In this document: positions 40,891 to 51,673 of the stretch, in pieces
How the letters are laid out: each line of letters opens with the position of its first letter
Position numbering within the stretch: the stretch's first letter is position 1
Assembly (NCBI GenBank): GCA_024276465.1
Contig: JAJRXD010000018.1
Coordinates: forward strand, 18,997-82,996
Length of the DNA stretch: 64,000 nt
Source of the DNA: Deltaproteobacteria bacterium
GTDB taxonomy: Bacteria > Desulfobacterota > WTBG01 > CAIYCZ01 > CAIRTM01
Direction: 5' to 3'
Translations under genes and position numbers: made by a program
The notes under the pieces: model-generated
What the model was told of the DNA's origin: nothing
Databases searched by the model: none
What the model saw: only the letters and a program-made list of their open reading frames with translations

Positions 40891-42423
40891 GTGGATTTAC
40901 CAAATACGGATTATGTATTCAAACCTCGCCCGTTTAGAGATATAAAACTCTGGAAAAACGTAAGTGATGAGCAGTGGTGTGATCCTTACTGGCAGATCAG
41001 CAATATTATCAGAGATGTTGACAGCCTGGGGGAAATAATAGACCTTAACAGTCACCAGAAATTTGCCATCAAGGAAACACTGCAGAGAATGAAAGACGAT
41101 GGCAAAGAGCCCATGAGAATAACACCGTATTATGCATCTCTTATGGCTCAGGACCCTTTTAACCCGTCATATCCGGATGGGGCTGCGCTGGAAGGGAAGG
41201 TTGACCCTGTTTTCTGGCAAAGCGTTCCAACACCTGCTCATTTTCTTTTTCCCATGGCTGGCATTGAACAGTCCATGGCTGAAGCAGAAAGAAGCTATGG
41301 GGCCTTTTATCAGAGATATCCTAACAGGGGTGCACTTTTTGTCTGTGAAAATACCTGCTGTGCCTCGTTTTGCATGCATTGTCAGCGAACAAAATCCCTT
41401 GACACAACAAACAAAATTACATTGGAGGACATTAATAAAGGCCTCTTTTATGTTTCAGAAAACCGGAATATTCATGAGGTTCTGGTTACAGGGGGCGATG
41501 CGCTGCGCATTAATGAGGAAAGATTCAGATATGTTATCGGAGAGCTTTGCAAGCTGCCAAACGTGAGGGGGATAAGGATTGCCACCAGAGTCCCTGTTGT
41601 ACTGCCCATGGGTGTTACGGAAAAAATGCTGGATACTGTTGATGAAGCAATAAAGAAACATTCCAATGGCCACAGAAAAAATGTTTATTTTATGACACAT
41701 GTCAACCATTATAATGAAATTACCCGTGATTTCGTGGACTGCATACAGAGAATAAAATCGCATGGATATACAATAAGAAACCAGACTGTTTTTCTAAACC
41801 ATGTTAATGCAGACTTTTACACTCTTGCAGAAACTTTCCGCAGGATGTGGTGGGCAGGGGTAGCACCTTATTATCTTCTGCAATGCCACAATGAGAAGGG
41901 CCTGACACATTTTATTGCCCCCATCCATCTGGGAAAGTTTCTTGCAAAACATTTACATGGATGGATATCAGGCACATGCAGGCCAACATATTCTGCAAAC
42001 CTTGAAGGCGGGGGCGGCAAGGTTACTTTAACTCCAAGCGGATATGATATCAGTGATGACGTAACAGAAATGGAAACAAAGAGATCAAAACTTTCTGTAA
42101 CAGTACATACCTGGGATGACAGAATCATCAAAGGCTATGAGGCTTTGGGAAGGGCTACGCAGGAACAGTATGTTAATGCCAGAAAAACCATGGACGCATT
42201 TCTTGGAAGACCCAATATCTTTAAGCCTGCGGTTATAATTGTTGATGAAAACGGTAACCCTGTCAGAATTACCCGCAGGAGGCTTCCCGAGCTGACAAAT
42301 GCTCTCAAGGCTGATTTGTTAGGCTACAACATGGAGTCTGATAACATGCCCCTGATAAACCCTGCAGAAAAAAAAGAGGACCTTGACAGGGCTTATCACA
42401 AGTCGGAATACTGCAAGCAATAA
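40891..42423 (+). CDS. KamA-family radical SAM aminomutase-like protein (long form)
   Basis: CxxxCxxC radical SAM cluster motif CASFCMHC in a KamA-like context. At 510 aa it is roughly 90 aa longer than typical lysine 2,3-aminomutases. Confidence 0.55.
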   Translation: MDLPNTDYVFKPRPFRDIKLWKNVSDEQWCDPYWQISNIIRDVDSLGEIIDLNSHQKFAIKETLQRMKDDGKEPMRITPYYASLMAQDPFNPSYPDGAALEGKVDPVFWQSVPTPAHFLFPMAGIEQSMAEAERSYGAFYQRYPNRGALFVCENTCCASFCMHCQRTKSLDTTNKITLEDINKGLFYVSENRNIHEVLVTGGDALRINEERFRYVIGELCKLPNVRGIRIATRVPVVLPMGVTEKMLDTVDEAIKKHSNGHRKNVYFMTHVNHYNEITRDFVDCIQRIKSHGYTIRNQTVFLNHVNADFYTLAETFRRMWWAGVAPYYLLQCHNEKGLTHFIAPIHLGKFLAKHLHGWISGTCRPTYSANLEGGGGKVTLTPSGYDISDDVTEMETKRSKLSVTVHTWDDRIIKGYEALGRATQEQYVNARKTMDAFLGRPNIFKPAVIIVDENGNPVRITRRRLPELTNALKADLLGYNMESDNMPLINPAEKKEDLDRAYHKSEYCKQ

Positions 42424-42450
42424 TCCTCTCACAAACACAGCTGTTTTCCA

Positions 42451-43329
42451 TCATTTCCTTTGTGCAACAATAATCCTGTCCTGTTTTGAATAGTCTTTTA
42501 CAACATTTATTTTATTATAACATGCAGAAGAGATTAATATTTTCGTGACTGCCTTTGCCTGGCTGTCACCTATTTCAAGGATGAGCCAGCCGTTCTTTTT
42601 TAAAAAAGCAGCTATCTCCGGAATCCACTTTCTGTAAAAATCAAGGCCGTCTCTGCCACCATCCAGCGCCTCCCTGGGCTCGAAGGTCTTTACTTCCGGT
42701 TCAAGCCCGTCAATTTCATCACTGCGTATATATGGCGGGTTTGACAAAATGATGTCAAACCTGGCCTGGTATTTGAACGCGCACAGGCTGTCCCCGCAAA
42801 CAAGCTTTATTCTGCTGAAAAAATCATCTGAATTAATGTTCAACCGTGCAACTTTGAGAGCATCAGGGGATTTGTCCACAGAAAATATTACTGCATTGTC
42901 TATCTCTTTTGCCATGGCAATTGGAATTGCTCCACTTCCAGTGCCTATCTCTAATATGCTGAGCTGCTCATCATCTGACCACTCACTCCTGATAATTCTG
43001 ATTGCCTCTTCAATTAAAAGCTCAGTCTCCGGCCTTGGAATAAGCACACCTTTTGTCACAATGATCCTGGTGGACCAGAACTCCTTAAAACCCAATATAT
43101 AGGCCACTGGCTCTCTTTCTGCCCTGCGCATTACAGCATCCCTGTAGACAGAAAGTTCTTCAGGGGTAACCGGGCTTTCAAATTCCATGTACAGATCAAT
43201 TCTGTCCTTGTTCAGGCAATGTGCAAGCAGCAGTTCAGAATCAATACGTGAAGTTCTGATCCCCTTTTTGTGCAGGTAATCGCCGGTTTTTTTTATCAGT
43301 TCGCTTATTGTCCAGGTTTTCATTTGCAT
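42451..43329 (-). CDS. prmC: release factor glutamine N5-methyltransferase
   Basis: NPPY motif and methyltransferase motif I (EIGTGSGAI). Sits downstream of prfA. Confidence 0.85.
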   Translation of the reverse strand: MQMKTWTISELIKKTGDYLHKKGIRTSRIDSELLLAHCLNKDRIDLYMEFESPVTPEELSVYRDAVMRRAEREPVAYILGFKEFWSTRIIVTKGVLIPRPETELLIEEAIRIIRSEWSDDEQLSILEIGTGSGAIPIAMAKEIDNAVIFSVDKSPDALKVARLNINSDDFFSRIKLVCGDSLCAFKYQARFDIILSNPPYIRSDEIDGLEPEVKTFEPREALDGGRDGLDFYRKWIPEIAAFLKKNGWLILEIGDSQAKAVTKILISSACYNKINVVKDYSKQDRIIVAQRK

Positions 43330-43409
43330 GAAGGGTGCCAGGATTAAAGAGGTAAGAAATGTCAGTGCAGGATGGCATCAGTTGCCGGCTCCTGTATGTA
43401 ATTGAGAGC

Positions 43410-44498
43410 TTACTGTACAGATGTTTTGGTTGTCTTTAATGCCTCGGCCTGGCTGTGGGTTATGAGGCTGTCGACAATTTGCTGAATATCTCCCATCATT
43501 ATGCTTTCAATTTTATAAAGGGTCAGGTTGATTCTGTGGTCTGTTACCCTTCCCTGAGGGTAGTTGTAGGTTCTGATTCTTTCACTTCTGTCACCGCTTC
43601 CCACCATGTTTTTTCGCTCAAGGGAGATTTCATCCTGCTGTTTCTGTACGGCCATGTCAAGCAGGCGTGCCTTAAGTACTTTAAGTGCTTTAGCTTTGTT
43701 TTTATGCTGAGATTTTTCGTCCTGGTTGCTGACAACCAGTCCGGTTGGAATGTGAGTTACCCGTACAGCAGAATCGGTTGTATTAACACTTTGCCCCCCA
43801 GGGCCGGATGAACGGTAAACATCAAATTTCAGATCCGAAGGGTTGAGCTGGATATCAACATCAGTTGCCTCAGGCAACACGGCAACAGTCACGGCTGAAG
43901 TGTGAATTCGGCCCTGAGTTTCGGTTTCCGGGACTCTTTGAACTCTGTGAACACCGCTTTCGTATCTGAGCTGGCTGTATGCACCATGACCCTCGATCAG
44001 GGTTATTATTTCCTTTGCCCCCTTGAGCCCGGTAAGGTTCTGGCTCAGTATTTCAACTTTCCATGCTTTTGCTTCTGCAAATTTGCAGTACATGCGAAAA
44101 AGATCAAGGGCGAAAAGAGCTGCTTCCTCGCCACCTGTACCAGCCCGAATCTCTAAAATAACGTTTTTTTCATCGCGGGGATCCTTTGGCAGAAGCATTA
44201 ACTGCAAATTCTTTTCAAGCTGATTCTTTTCCCTGATCAGAGCTGAAATCTCTTCCCGTGCAAGATCCTTAATTTCATCATCATCCTCTCCCAAAAGGGA
44301 ATTATTCTCCTGAAGCTGTTCAAGAACTGTTTTGTAGCGCTGGTAGCTCTCAATGATCGGGGCTACTTTTGACCTTTCTCTGGTCAACTCCTGGTACTTT
44401 TCCCTGTCCTTAAACACATCGGGTTGGCTCAGAAGCATATCCAGTTCAGTGATTTTTTTTTCAACTTCCTCCAGCTTGTCAAACATGGAAACTCGCAA
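43410..44498 (-). CDS. prfA: peptide chain release factor 1
   Basis: GGQ motif (SGPGGQSVNTT) and the RF1-type PxT tripeptide (PET). Confidence 0.9.
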   Translation of the reverse strand: MRVSMFDKLEEVEKKITELDMLLSQPDVFKDREKYQELTRERSKVAPIIESYQRYKTVLEQLQENNSLLGEDDDEIKDLAREEISALIREKNQLEKNLQLMLLPKDPRDEKNVILEIRAGTGGEEAALFALDLFRMYCKFAEAKAWKVEILSQNLTGLKGAKEIITLIEGHGAYSQLRYESGVHRVQRVPETETQGRIHTSAVTVAVLPEATDVDIQLNPSDLKFDVYRSSGPGGQSVNTTDSAVRVTHIPTGLVVSNQDEKSQHKNKAKALKVLKARLLDMAVQKQQDEISLERKNMVGSGDRSERIRTYNYPQGRVTDHRINLTLYKIESIMMGDIQQIVDSLITHSQAEALKTTKTSVQ

Positions 44499-44705
44499 TT
44501 ACTTTTTTATTTTTGCATATTTTTTCTGAAACTTTTCAACCCTTCCAGCAGCATCAATAAGCTTCTGCTTACCGGTAAAAAAACCGTGGCATTTTGAACA
44601 GATTTCAACCTTGATCTCCTTTTTTGTTGACCGGGTCTCAAAGCTGTTTCCGCAGGCGCATTTGACAAGCGCCTTGTCATAGTTTGGATGAATGTTTTCC
44701 TTCAT
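44499..44705 (-). CDS. rpmE: 50S ribosomal protein L31
   Basis: MKENIHPNY...CxxC...CSKCH zinc-ribbon L31. Confidence 0.85.
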   Translation of the reverse strand: MKENIHPNYDKALVKCACGNSFETRSTKKEIKVEICSKCHGFFTGKQKLIDAAGRVEKFQKKYAKIKK

Positions 44706-44725
44706 GCTAATAACACCTCCTGTAA

Positions 44726-45973
44726 TTATTGGTTCATAGAGTTGAGAAACTCAGAATTGCTTTTGGTGTCCTTTTTCTTTTCCAAAAGAAATTCCATCGC
44801 ATCTACAGTGTTAAGTGGCTGAAGCACTTTTCTTAAAAGCCATATTCTTTTCAGTGTGTCATCCGGCAGTAAAAGCTCCTCCTTGCGTGTTCCTGACCTG
44901 TTTATATCAATTGCCGGATAAACTCTCCTGTCGGACAGTTTTCTGTCAAGATAGATTTCCATGTTGCCGGTACCTTTAAACTCTTCAAATATTACTTCAT
45001 CCATCCTGCTGCCCGTATCTATCAGAGCGGTTGCAAGAATGGTCAGACTGCCGCCATCTTCTATGTTTCTTGCTGCGCCAAAAAATCTTTTAGGCTTGTG
45101 AAGTGCATTTGAATCCACACCGCCTGATAAAACCTTGCCGCTGGGAGGAACAATTGTGTTATATGCTCTTGCAAGCCTGGTAATACTGTCAAGAAGAATA
45201 ACAACATCCTTGTTGTGTTCAACCAGCCTTTTTGCCTTTTCAATAACCATCTCTGCAACCTGAACGTGCCTTTGTGCAGGTTCATCAAAAGTGGAGCTGA
45301 CAACCTCCCCCTCCACTGACCGCTGCATGTCTGTTACTTCTTCCGGGCGTTCATCTATGAGCAGGACCATAAGAACAACTTCCTTGTGGTTGGTAGTTAT
45401 GGCATTAGCAATATTCTGAAGCAGCATGGTCTTGCCTGTGCGCGGAGGTGAAACAATAAGGCCTCTCTGCCCCTTGCCAATTGGTGTAAGAAGGTCCATT
45501 ACCCTTGTAGAAAGGTTGTCAGAAGCTGTTTCAAGATCAATCTTTTCCATTGGATAAAGAGGGGTCAGATTGTCAAAAAGAATCTTGTCCCGGGCATTCT
45601 CCGGAGGCTCAAAATTTATCGACTCAACTTTGAGGAGGGCAAAATACCTTTCAGCGTCCTTTGGCGGGCGGATTTGACCTGATACCGTGTCCCCGGTTTT
45701 CATGTTGAATCGTCTTATCTGGGAAGGGGACACATATATATCATCAGGACCCGGCAGATAATTGTAGTCAGGGGCCCTTAAAAAGCCAAACCCGTCGGGA
45801 AGAATTTCAAGTACACCTTCACCGTAGATGAGGCCGTTTTTTTCAATTTCTGACTGAAGCAGGGCAAAAATAAGATCCTGCTTTCGCATCCCGCTGGAAC
45901 CCTCTATTTTTCTCTGCTTTGCCGTTACCATCAGCTCGTTAATTTTTTTGCTTTTCAGTTCCTTTAAATTCAT
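44726..45973 (-). CDS. rho: transcription termination factor Rho
   Basis: N-terminal RNA-binding domain followed by a RecA-like ATPase with Walker A (PPRTGKT). The ~470 bp leader upstream (45974-46447) resembles known long rho leaders. Confidence 0.9.
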   Translation of the reverse strand: MNLKELKSKKINELMVTAKQRKIEGSSGMRKQDLIFALLQSEIEKNGLIYGEGVLEILPDGFGFLRAPDYNYLPGPDDIYVSPSQIRRFNMKTGDTVSGQIRPPKDAERYFALLKVESINFEPPENARDKILFDNLTPLYPMEKIDLETASDNLSTRVMDLLTPIGKGQRGLIVSPPRTGKTMLLQNIANAITTNHKEVVLMVLLIDERPEEVTDMQRSVEGEVVSSTFDEPAQRHVQVAEMVIEKAKRLVEHNKDVVILLDSITRLARAYNTIVPPSGKVLSGGVDSNALHKPKRFFGAARNIEDGGSLTILATALIDTGSRMDEVIFEEFKGTGNMEIYLDRKLSDRRVYPAIDINRSGTRKEELLLPDDTLKRIWLLRKVLQPLNTVDAMEFLLEKKKDTKSNSEFLNSMNQ

Positions 45974-46447
45974 AGAAGTAAATCTCCCGCGTCTTGGTTT
46001 GAAATGTTTTTTTACCCTGAGTGTAGATATTGATTATCGCAGAATCATTTATCTGATTTACAGGGCTGTAAGAGTCTTAGCGAAATCTGTTTATAAAGAG
46101 CATTTATGTCAGATGATATGATTTGAGAGTGATAAAAGTGAATTTTGTAATCATTTGAGTTTTGTCTCAGGGAAGGTCAAGCATATGTTGTCAGTCTTCA
46201 AATGTCGCTGTTTACGACCCGCTTAACGAATATGAGTCTTGCTTTGCCATGTCCTCAAGTTTCAATTAGTATCCAAGAAATGTTCTACAGGAATGAACAT
46301 AAATTGGTAAAAAATAATTATGATGCTGATTTCAATGGAGAGGCTTACTGTAGTAATTATTTTCTTCTATTTAGTATATAATATATTTTTTTTTGCCAGT
46401 TGTCAAGACGTTTTGTCAGACTTTTTTGCTCCATATGAAAAAATATT

Positions 46448-47071
46448 TTACCCTGGCGTCTCCTTTTCAGACTGATCCTGCTTAAGAAAACCATAAACTT
46501 TTTTCACCTGTTTTTCCAGCTCTTTTTTTGATCCGTTGTTATCTATAATGTAAGAAGCATACTTTCTTTTTTCTTCAAGATTTTTTTGAGAATTCAGCCT
46601 TGCCTCTGCTTCTTTTTCTTTAAGGCCGTTCCTTTCAATAAGCCTTTTTTTCTGTGTCTCCCTGTCCGCATATATAAGAACGATCAAGTCAAAATCATTT
46701 TGCATGTTGCATTCAATTAAAAGAGGCATCTCAATCAGAACTATGCTGGAAGTATCCTTTTTTGCAATATGCTGCAATTTTTTTCCTGTTTCCTCTATTA
46801 TCAGCGGATGCAGTAAACTGTTCAGGAGCTCCCTCTGTCGGGCATTTGAAAATATAATATTTCCAAGTCTGGCGCGGTCAATTGATCCGTCATTTCCGGT
46901 AATCTCCGGGCCGAAATTATCAACAACCATGCTCCAGCCTTTTTCGCCGGGTTCTACCACTTTTCGGGAAATCTCATCTGCATCAATCAGATATGCGCCA
47001 AGCCTCTGGAAAAAAAGAGCAGCAAGACTTTTTCCGCTTGCAATGCCGCCGGTAAGGCCTACACTGAGCAT
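46448..47071 (-). CDS. coaE: dephospho-CoA kinase
   Basis: Walker A motif GLTGGIASGKS at the N-terminus. Confidence 0.85.
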   Translation of the reverse strand: MLSVGLTGGIASGKSLAALFFQRLGAYLIDADEISRKVVEPGEKGWSMVVDNFGPEITGNDGSIDRARLGNIIFSNARQRELLNSLLHPLIIEETGKKLQHIAKKDTSSIVLIEMPLLIECNMQNDFDLIVLIYADRETQKKRLIERNGLKEKEAEARLNSQKNLEEKRKYASYIIDNNGSKKELEKQVKKVYGFLKQDQSEKETPG

Positions 47072-48030
47072 CTTAAAACTCCTAATACTTTTAAAAAATC
47101 ATCCGGCAAAGGAACTTTAAAAAAGAGGGTGGTTTTTTTTTCAGGGTGCATGAATTCAAGATACCCGGCGTGCAGGAGAGGTCTCCGGATTGTTTTTATA
47201 ATGTCCTGTATCTGTTTTGAACTAACAGACTTTAAAAGTTTTGGAGAGCTGTAAACCGGATCTCCTGCTATGGGGTGGTTGATGCTTTCAAGATGAACCC
47301 GTACCTGATGTGTCCTCCCGGTTTCAAGCATTGCTTCAAGAAAGCTGAAATTATCAAAAGTTTCTATTGTTTTCCAGTGGGTTACCGCATCCCTTCCTCT
47401 TTTTGGCTGCGCAGACATCTTCTTGCGGTGTATGGGGTGCCTGCCTATGGGGCTCTTTACAGTACCTGAAATGTCATCCATTGTACCAAAAACAATGGCT
47501 TTGTATTTCCTTATAACAGTATGTTCTTTAAATTGACTGCTGAGGCTCAAGTGCGCCAGATCATTTTTTGCAACCACAAGAACACCGGATGTGCCTTTGT
47601 CCAGTCTGTGGACAATTCCAGGACGGACTACACCACCGATTCCGGAAAGTGTCCTGCAGTGATAGAGCAGAGCATTTACCAGCGTGCCTGAAAAATTACC
47701 GGAGCCAGGGTGAACAACCATTCCAGCCGGCTTGTTTACAACAACAACAGATGAGTCCTCGAACATAATTTCAACGGGAATGTTTTCCGGTTCAGCCTGA
47801 AGAGGAACAGGATCCGTTATGCTGATTTCCACAGTATCGCCAGTACAAACTTTATAAGATGCTTTTTGATTAATACTGTTGACCCAGACCCTGTTATCCT
47901 TTATTACATCCTGGATCTGGGACCGGCTTGGAAGAGATTTTTTTTCAAACAGAAAAACATCAAGTCTTTTGCGCGAATTTTCTTCAGTGACTTTGTAATT
48001 GTGCTTTTGCACTTTTTGCAACCTCAACAA
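47059..48030 (-). CDS. rluD: RluA-family 23S rRNA pseudouridine synthase (RluD-like)
   Basis: S4 domain and the catalytic HRLDKGTSGVLVVAKN motif. The ORF start overlaps the selA 3' end by 47 nt. Confidence 0.8.
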   Translation of the reverse strand: MLRLQKVQKHNYKVTEENSRKRLDVFLFEKKSLPSRSQIQDVIKDNRVWVNSINQKASYKVCTGDTVEISITDPVPLQAEPENIPVEIMFEDSSVVVVNKPAGMVVHPGSGNFSGTLVNALLYHCRTLSGIGGVVRPGIVHRLDKGTSGVLVVAKNDLAHLSLSSQFKEHTVIRKYKAIVFGTMDDISGTVKSPIGRHPIHRKKMSAQPKRGRDAVTHWKTIETFDNFSFLEAMLETGRTHQVRVHLESINHPIAGDPVYSSPKLLKSVSSKQIQDIIKTIRRPLLHAGYLEFMHPEKKTTLFFKVPLPDDFLKVLGVLRCSV

Positions 48031-49423
48031 TACAACCTGGAATCAGGGAAACCTCATCCGGAAGGATGGTTCGCATATCAAGTAAAATCCTCTCTTTGCT
48101 GATGCGGGCGACGATTGGTAATGTGCCTGTCCTGAGAAGATTCTCAAACTCATTAAGCGCAAGAGGGGCAGGGTCAATTGAAACCACCCACGTGGGCAGA
48201 TCATGCAGCGGATATGCTCCTCCTCCGACCTGAGATGTGTCCCGGGTCAGAGAGACGTTTTGAAAAGGTGTTTGTTCTTTAACTGCTTTAACTATTTTTT
48301 TTGCTCTCTTTTTTAAAAGAGATTCTGAAGCAGCAAGCATTCTGATAACCGGAATATTATCAATATGTTCCGGGTTATGAGCATAGTTTTTAAGCGTTGA
48401 TTCAAGCGCGGCCAGGGTCAGCTTGTCAATTCTCACAACCCTGGCAAGCGGATTCCTTTTTATCTTTTGTATAAACATGTCCCTGCCCAGAATTATTCCT
48501 GCCTGGGGTCCGCCAAGGAGTTTGTCCCCACTGAATGTTATGATATCAGTACCGCTCTTAACCGTATCCTGAACGGTCAGGTCACCGGTTAAGCCAAGAA
48601 AAGAGGAATCAATCAAATTTCCGCTTCCCATGTCAAACATTACAGGAATATTATGTTCACTGCCAAGTTTATTAAGCTCAGAAAGCCCGACCTCAGATGA
48701 AAATCCGACAATTCTGTAATTGCTCATATGAACTTTTAGAATTATGGCGGTCTGTTCGTTTATTGCTTCTCTGTAATCCCTGAGGTGTGTTCTGTTGGTT
48801 GAACCAACTTCAACTAAAGTTGCGCCACTTTGCTTCATGATATCGGGTATTCTGAAACTTCCGCCGATCTCAACAAGTTCACCCCGCGATATTATTACCT
48901 GTTTTCCCTGTGCCAGAGTGCTCAGGCACAAAAGGACTGCAGCAGCATTATTGTTGACCGCCAACCCTGCTTCTGAACCGGAAAGCTCTCTCAACAGGCT
49001 CTCAACATGATCGTAACGGGACCCGCGTTTTCCCTCTTTGAGATCAAATTCCAGATTGCTGTAGCATCCTGCAACCCCGCATATTGCTTTAACTGCATCT
49101 TCAGCAAGAGGTGCTCTGCCTAAATTTGTGTGAACAACTATTCCACTTGCATTGATTACATGTTTCAGGGATGGCGCTTCGATCTCTCTGATTTTTGCTT
49201 TAATTTGGGGCAAAGCTGTTTTCAGGGATAATTCCTTCTCAAACTGGCAGGGCTCTTTCATTGACAGCATTCGGTTTCTCTTTTCGGTCAGGAGCAGATG
49301 GATTGCCTTAACTATCATGGTGTGGGAAAATTGCAGCAGCAATGCCTGAACATCAGTTGTGTTGAGTATTTCATCAACTGAAGGAATTCTTCTCAGATAC
49401 TGGTTGTTATTTGCAGCCGGCAT
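47984..49423 (-). CDS. selA: L-seryl-tRNA(Sec) selenium transferase
   Basis: SelA-length PLP enzyme of 479 aa. SelA-like N-terminus. Conserved Lys region. Confidence 0.75.
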   Translation of the reverse strand: MPAANNNQYLRRIPSVDEILNTTDVQALLLQFSHTMIVKAIHLLLTEKRNRMLSMKEPCQFEKELSLKTALPQIKAKIREIEAPSLKHVINASGIVVHTNLGRAPLAEDAVKAICGVAGCYSNLEFDLKEGKRGSRYDHVESLLRELSGSEAGLAVNNNAAAVLLCLSTLAQGKQVIISRGELVEIGGSFRIPDIMKQSGATLVEVGSTNRTHLRDYREAINEQTAIILKVHMSNYRIVGFSSEVGLSELNKLGSEHNIPVMFDMGSGNLIDSSFLGLTGDLTVQDTVKSGTDIITFSGDKLLGGPQAGIILGRDMFIQKIKRNPLARVVRIDKLTLAALESTLKNYAHNPEHIDNIPVIRMLAASESLLKKRAKKIVKAVKEQTPFQNVSLTRDTSQVGGGAYPLHDLPTWVVSIDPAPLALNEFENLLRTGTLPIVARISKERILLDMRTILPDEVSLIPGCIVEVAKSAKAQLQSH

Positions 49424-49566
49424 AATAGATTTTAAAACTGATATTTCTGCACTTAAAATAAATAGATTGAGATTAGAGTTTTATTATCATAAAATAATTC
49501 CATGAGCAATCGCAAGCAGTTTTATTTTTCATATATTTTAACAATTTTTTAATTACAACAGGTTTA

Positions 49567-50505
49567 GTGATGAAAGTACTTATAACTGGTGGAGCAGGTT
49601 TTATCGGTTCACACGTGGCAGACCTTTTAATCAAAGATGGCCATCAGGTTATTGTAATTGATGACCTGTCTAAGGGAAAAAAGGAAAACCTGCCTGAAAA
49701 TGTATCTTTTTACCCTGTCAGTATTACTGATCCTTCAATTGCAGAGATTTTCAGCGATGAAAAGCCGGAAACAGTCATACACCATGCTGCACAGGTTTCA
49801 GTTGTTTCCTCGGTTAAAGACCCTGCAGGGGATATGGAAATAAACATAAAGGGAACCATTTGCCTTCTTGAAGAAGCTGTAAAACACAAGGTTGAGAAAT
49901 TTATTTTTGCTTCAACAGGTGGTGCAGTATATGGTGAGCAGGACTGCTTTCCTGCTGACGAAAATCACCCTTTAAAACCGATCAGTCCTTATGGGGCAGG
50001 CAAACTCTCTGCTGAAAAATACCTTTATTTTTATCACAAAGCATATGGCCTTAAATATACTGTGCTTCGTTACAGTAATGTGTATGGACCCAGGCAGGAC
50101 CCCCACGGCGAGGCTGGTGTGGTTGCTGTTTTCACTCAGAAAATGCTTAATGGTGAAGAGGTGGTAATTAATGGAACAGGGGAGCAGACCAGAGATTTCG
50201 TTTTTGTTAAAGATGTTGCCATGGCAAACAGGATGGCATTAGACCATGATTTCAATGGTGAGCTTAATATCAGCACTGGAACAGAAACAACAATTAATCA
50301 GCTGTTCTCCCTGTTAAAACTGATTATCCCGACCAGTATTTCTGACAAGCATGGGCCGGCACTTTCAGGAGAACAATTGCGCAGTGTGCTTTCGTGGGAA
50401 AGGGCTGAAAAGGAATTGGGGTGGAAGCCCCGGATTAAATTAAGGGAAGGGATTGAACAAACTGTTTTGTTCTTCAAAAACGGTGTTCCGGAAATCTCAT
50501 CATGA
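49567..50505 (+). CDS. NAD-dependent epimerase/dehydratase (GalE-like)
   Basis: GGAGFIGSH Rossmann motif and a YxxxK catalytic dyad (YGAGK). Confidence 0.75.
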   Translation: MMKVLITGGAGFIGSHVADLLIKDGHQVIVIDDLSKGKKENLPENVSFYPVSITDPSIAEIFSDEKPETVIHHAAQVSVVSSVKDPAGDMEINIKGTICLLEEAVKHKVEKFIFASTGGAVYGEQDCFPADENHPLKPISPYGAGKLSAEKYLYFYHKAYGLKYTVLRYSNVYGPRQDPHGEAGVVAVFTQKMLNGEEVVINGTGEQTRDFVFVKDVAMANRMALDHDFNGELNISTGTETTINQLFSLLKLIIPTSISDKHGPALSGEQLRSVLSWERAEKELGWKPRIKLREGIEQTVLFFKNGVPEISS

Positions 50506-50786
50506 CAGACAAAAAAAACGGCAAAATATTGAGCCTTGATGAAATCAGGGCTAAAAAAAGGTCTGCAGTCATTCAACTCCTTAAAGACTCAAAAAAAGTG
50601 GCTGCTGCAATTTCCACCAGGACCTGCCTTATTTGCAGTGCAAAAAAGGCCTGTGTCAGCAAGTCAGGAGTCTGTTCATATTGTTTTGAAAAAGAGTTGA
50701 CACAGGAAGAGAAAAAAATTGCTGAAAGAGAGGCAAAACACAAAATAATTAAAATTCAGGTTGTTGATGACCGGTGGGAACAATAA
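50502..50786 (+). CDS. hypothetical protein
   Basis: 94 aa with Cys pairs CLIC...CSYC. ATGA-coupled to the epimerase. Confidence 0.3.
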   Translation: MTDKKNGKILSLDEIRAKKRSAVIQLLKDSKKVAAAISTRTCLICSAKKACVSKSGVCSYCFEKELTQEEKKIAEREAKHKIIKIQVVDDRWEQ

Positions 50787-50949
50787 AACATTCAAGAAAT
50801 CATTAATAGAGAACGATAAATTATACTTGACGACCTGGTTTCTTTCTGCAGCCTTGCGCTGCATTCCCGGTCCTGCTTAAATTTAGAACAAAGCCAAAGA
50901 GGTAATTCTGATTTAACAGGGTCAATCACTGCAAGGGACAAACATCAAA

Positions 50950-51615
50950 ATGTTAGTATCAGGAAATGATATGATTAAAAACATTATTTTTATAGCTGTT
51001 TTTAGCGCTTTATCATTTATATCGCTTGATGCTCATTCTTATTACTTTTTAATAGAACTTAAAAATGGTAATGTCATAGAAACAGAAAAATACTGGGAAG
51101 AGGGTAAATATATCCGTTTTTTTGTAAACAGCGGATCTGCAGGCATTCCAAAGAGAATGATAAGCAATATTGTAAAAAATGACGGAATCTTAAGTGCCGC
51201 TGACTTTTCCTATGAATCTGAATCAGCAGAGGAAGATGAGGCATATGAAGAATTTTCCCGGTTGGACAGCCGGAACCAGTCTGATATTATTGAAGATATA
51301 AAGGACAGAATAAGTGTTATAGAATCAAACATAGCGAACCTGAAAACAAACAAACAGACCTACATTAACCAGAAAGAAAGATATCTGAGAGATAAAGAAA
51401 GGGCAGAGGAAAGGTATGAAAAAATAAAAAACTCTCCTTTTATGACCTCAAAAGATCTTAAGGTAAGGACTGAACTGGAACTGAGCAAAAAAATGGATGC
51501 TGAAAAAAAGATTGAGGATGTTGAAAGGCGGATCCAGACAACCGGGAAGATGTTAGAGAGCCAGGAAAGGATGCGGGAGCGGTTGCAGGACGAGCTGGCC
51601 CAGCAAAAAAAATAA
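50950..51615 (+). CDS. hypothetical secreted coiled-coil protein
   Basis: Signal peptide. C-terminal charged coiled coil. Confidence 0.35.
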   Translation: MLVSGNDMIKNIIFIAVFSALSFISLDAHSYYFLIELKNGNVIETEKYWEEGKYIRFFVNSGSAGIPKRMISNIVKNDGILSAADFSYESESAEEDEAYEEFSRLDSRNQSDIIEDIKDRISVIESNIANLKTNKQTYINQKERYLRDKERAEERYEKIKNSPFMTSKDLKVRTELELSKKMDAEKKIEDVERRIQTTGKMLESQERMRERLQDELAQQKK

Positions 51616-51673
51616 TGCTGTAATGACTTCAGAAAACAGCGCAGCGCAGTCCTGCCTGCCTGGATTCGCAAAG

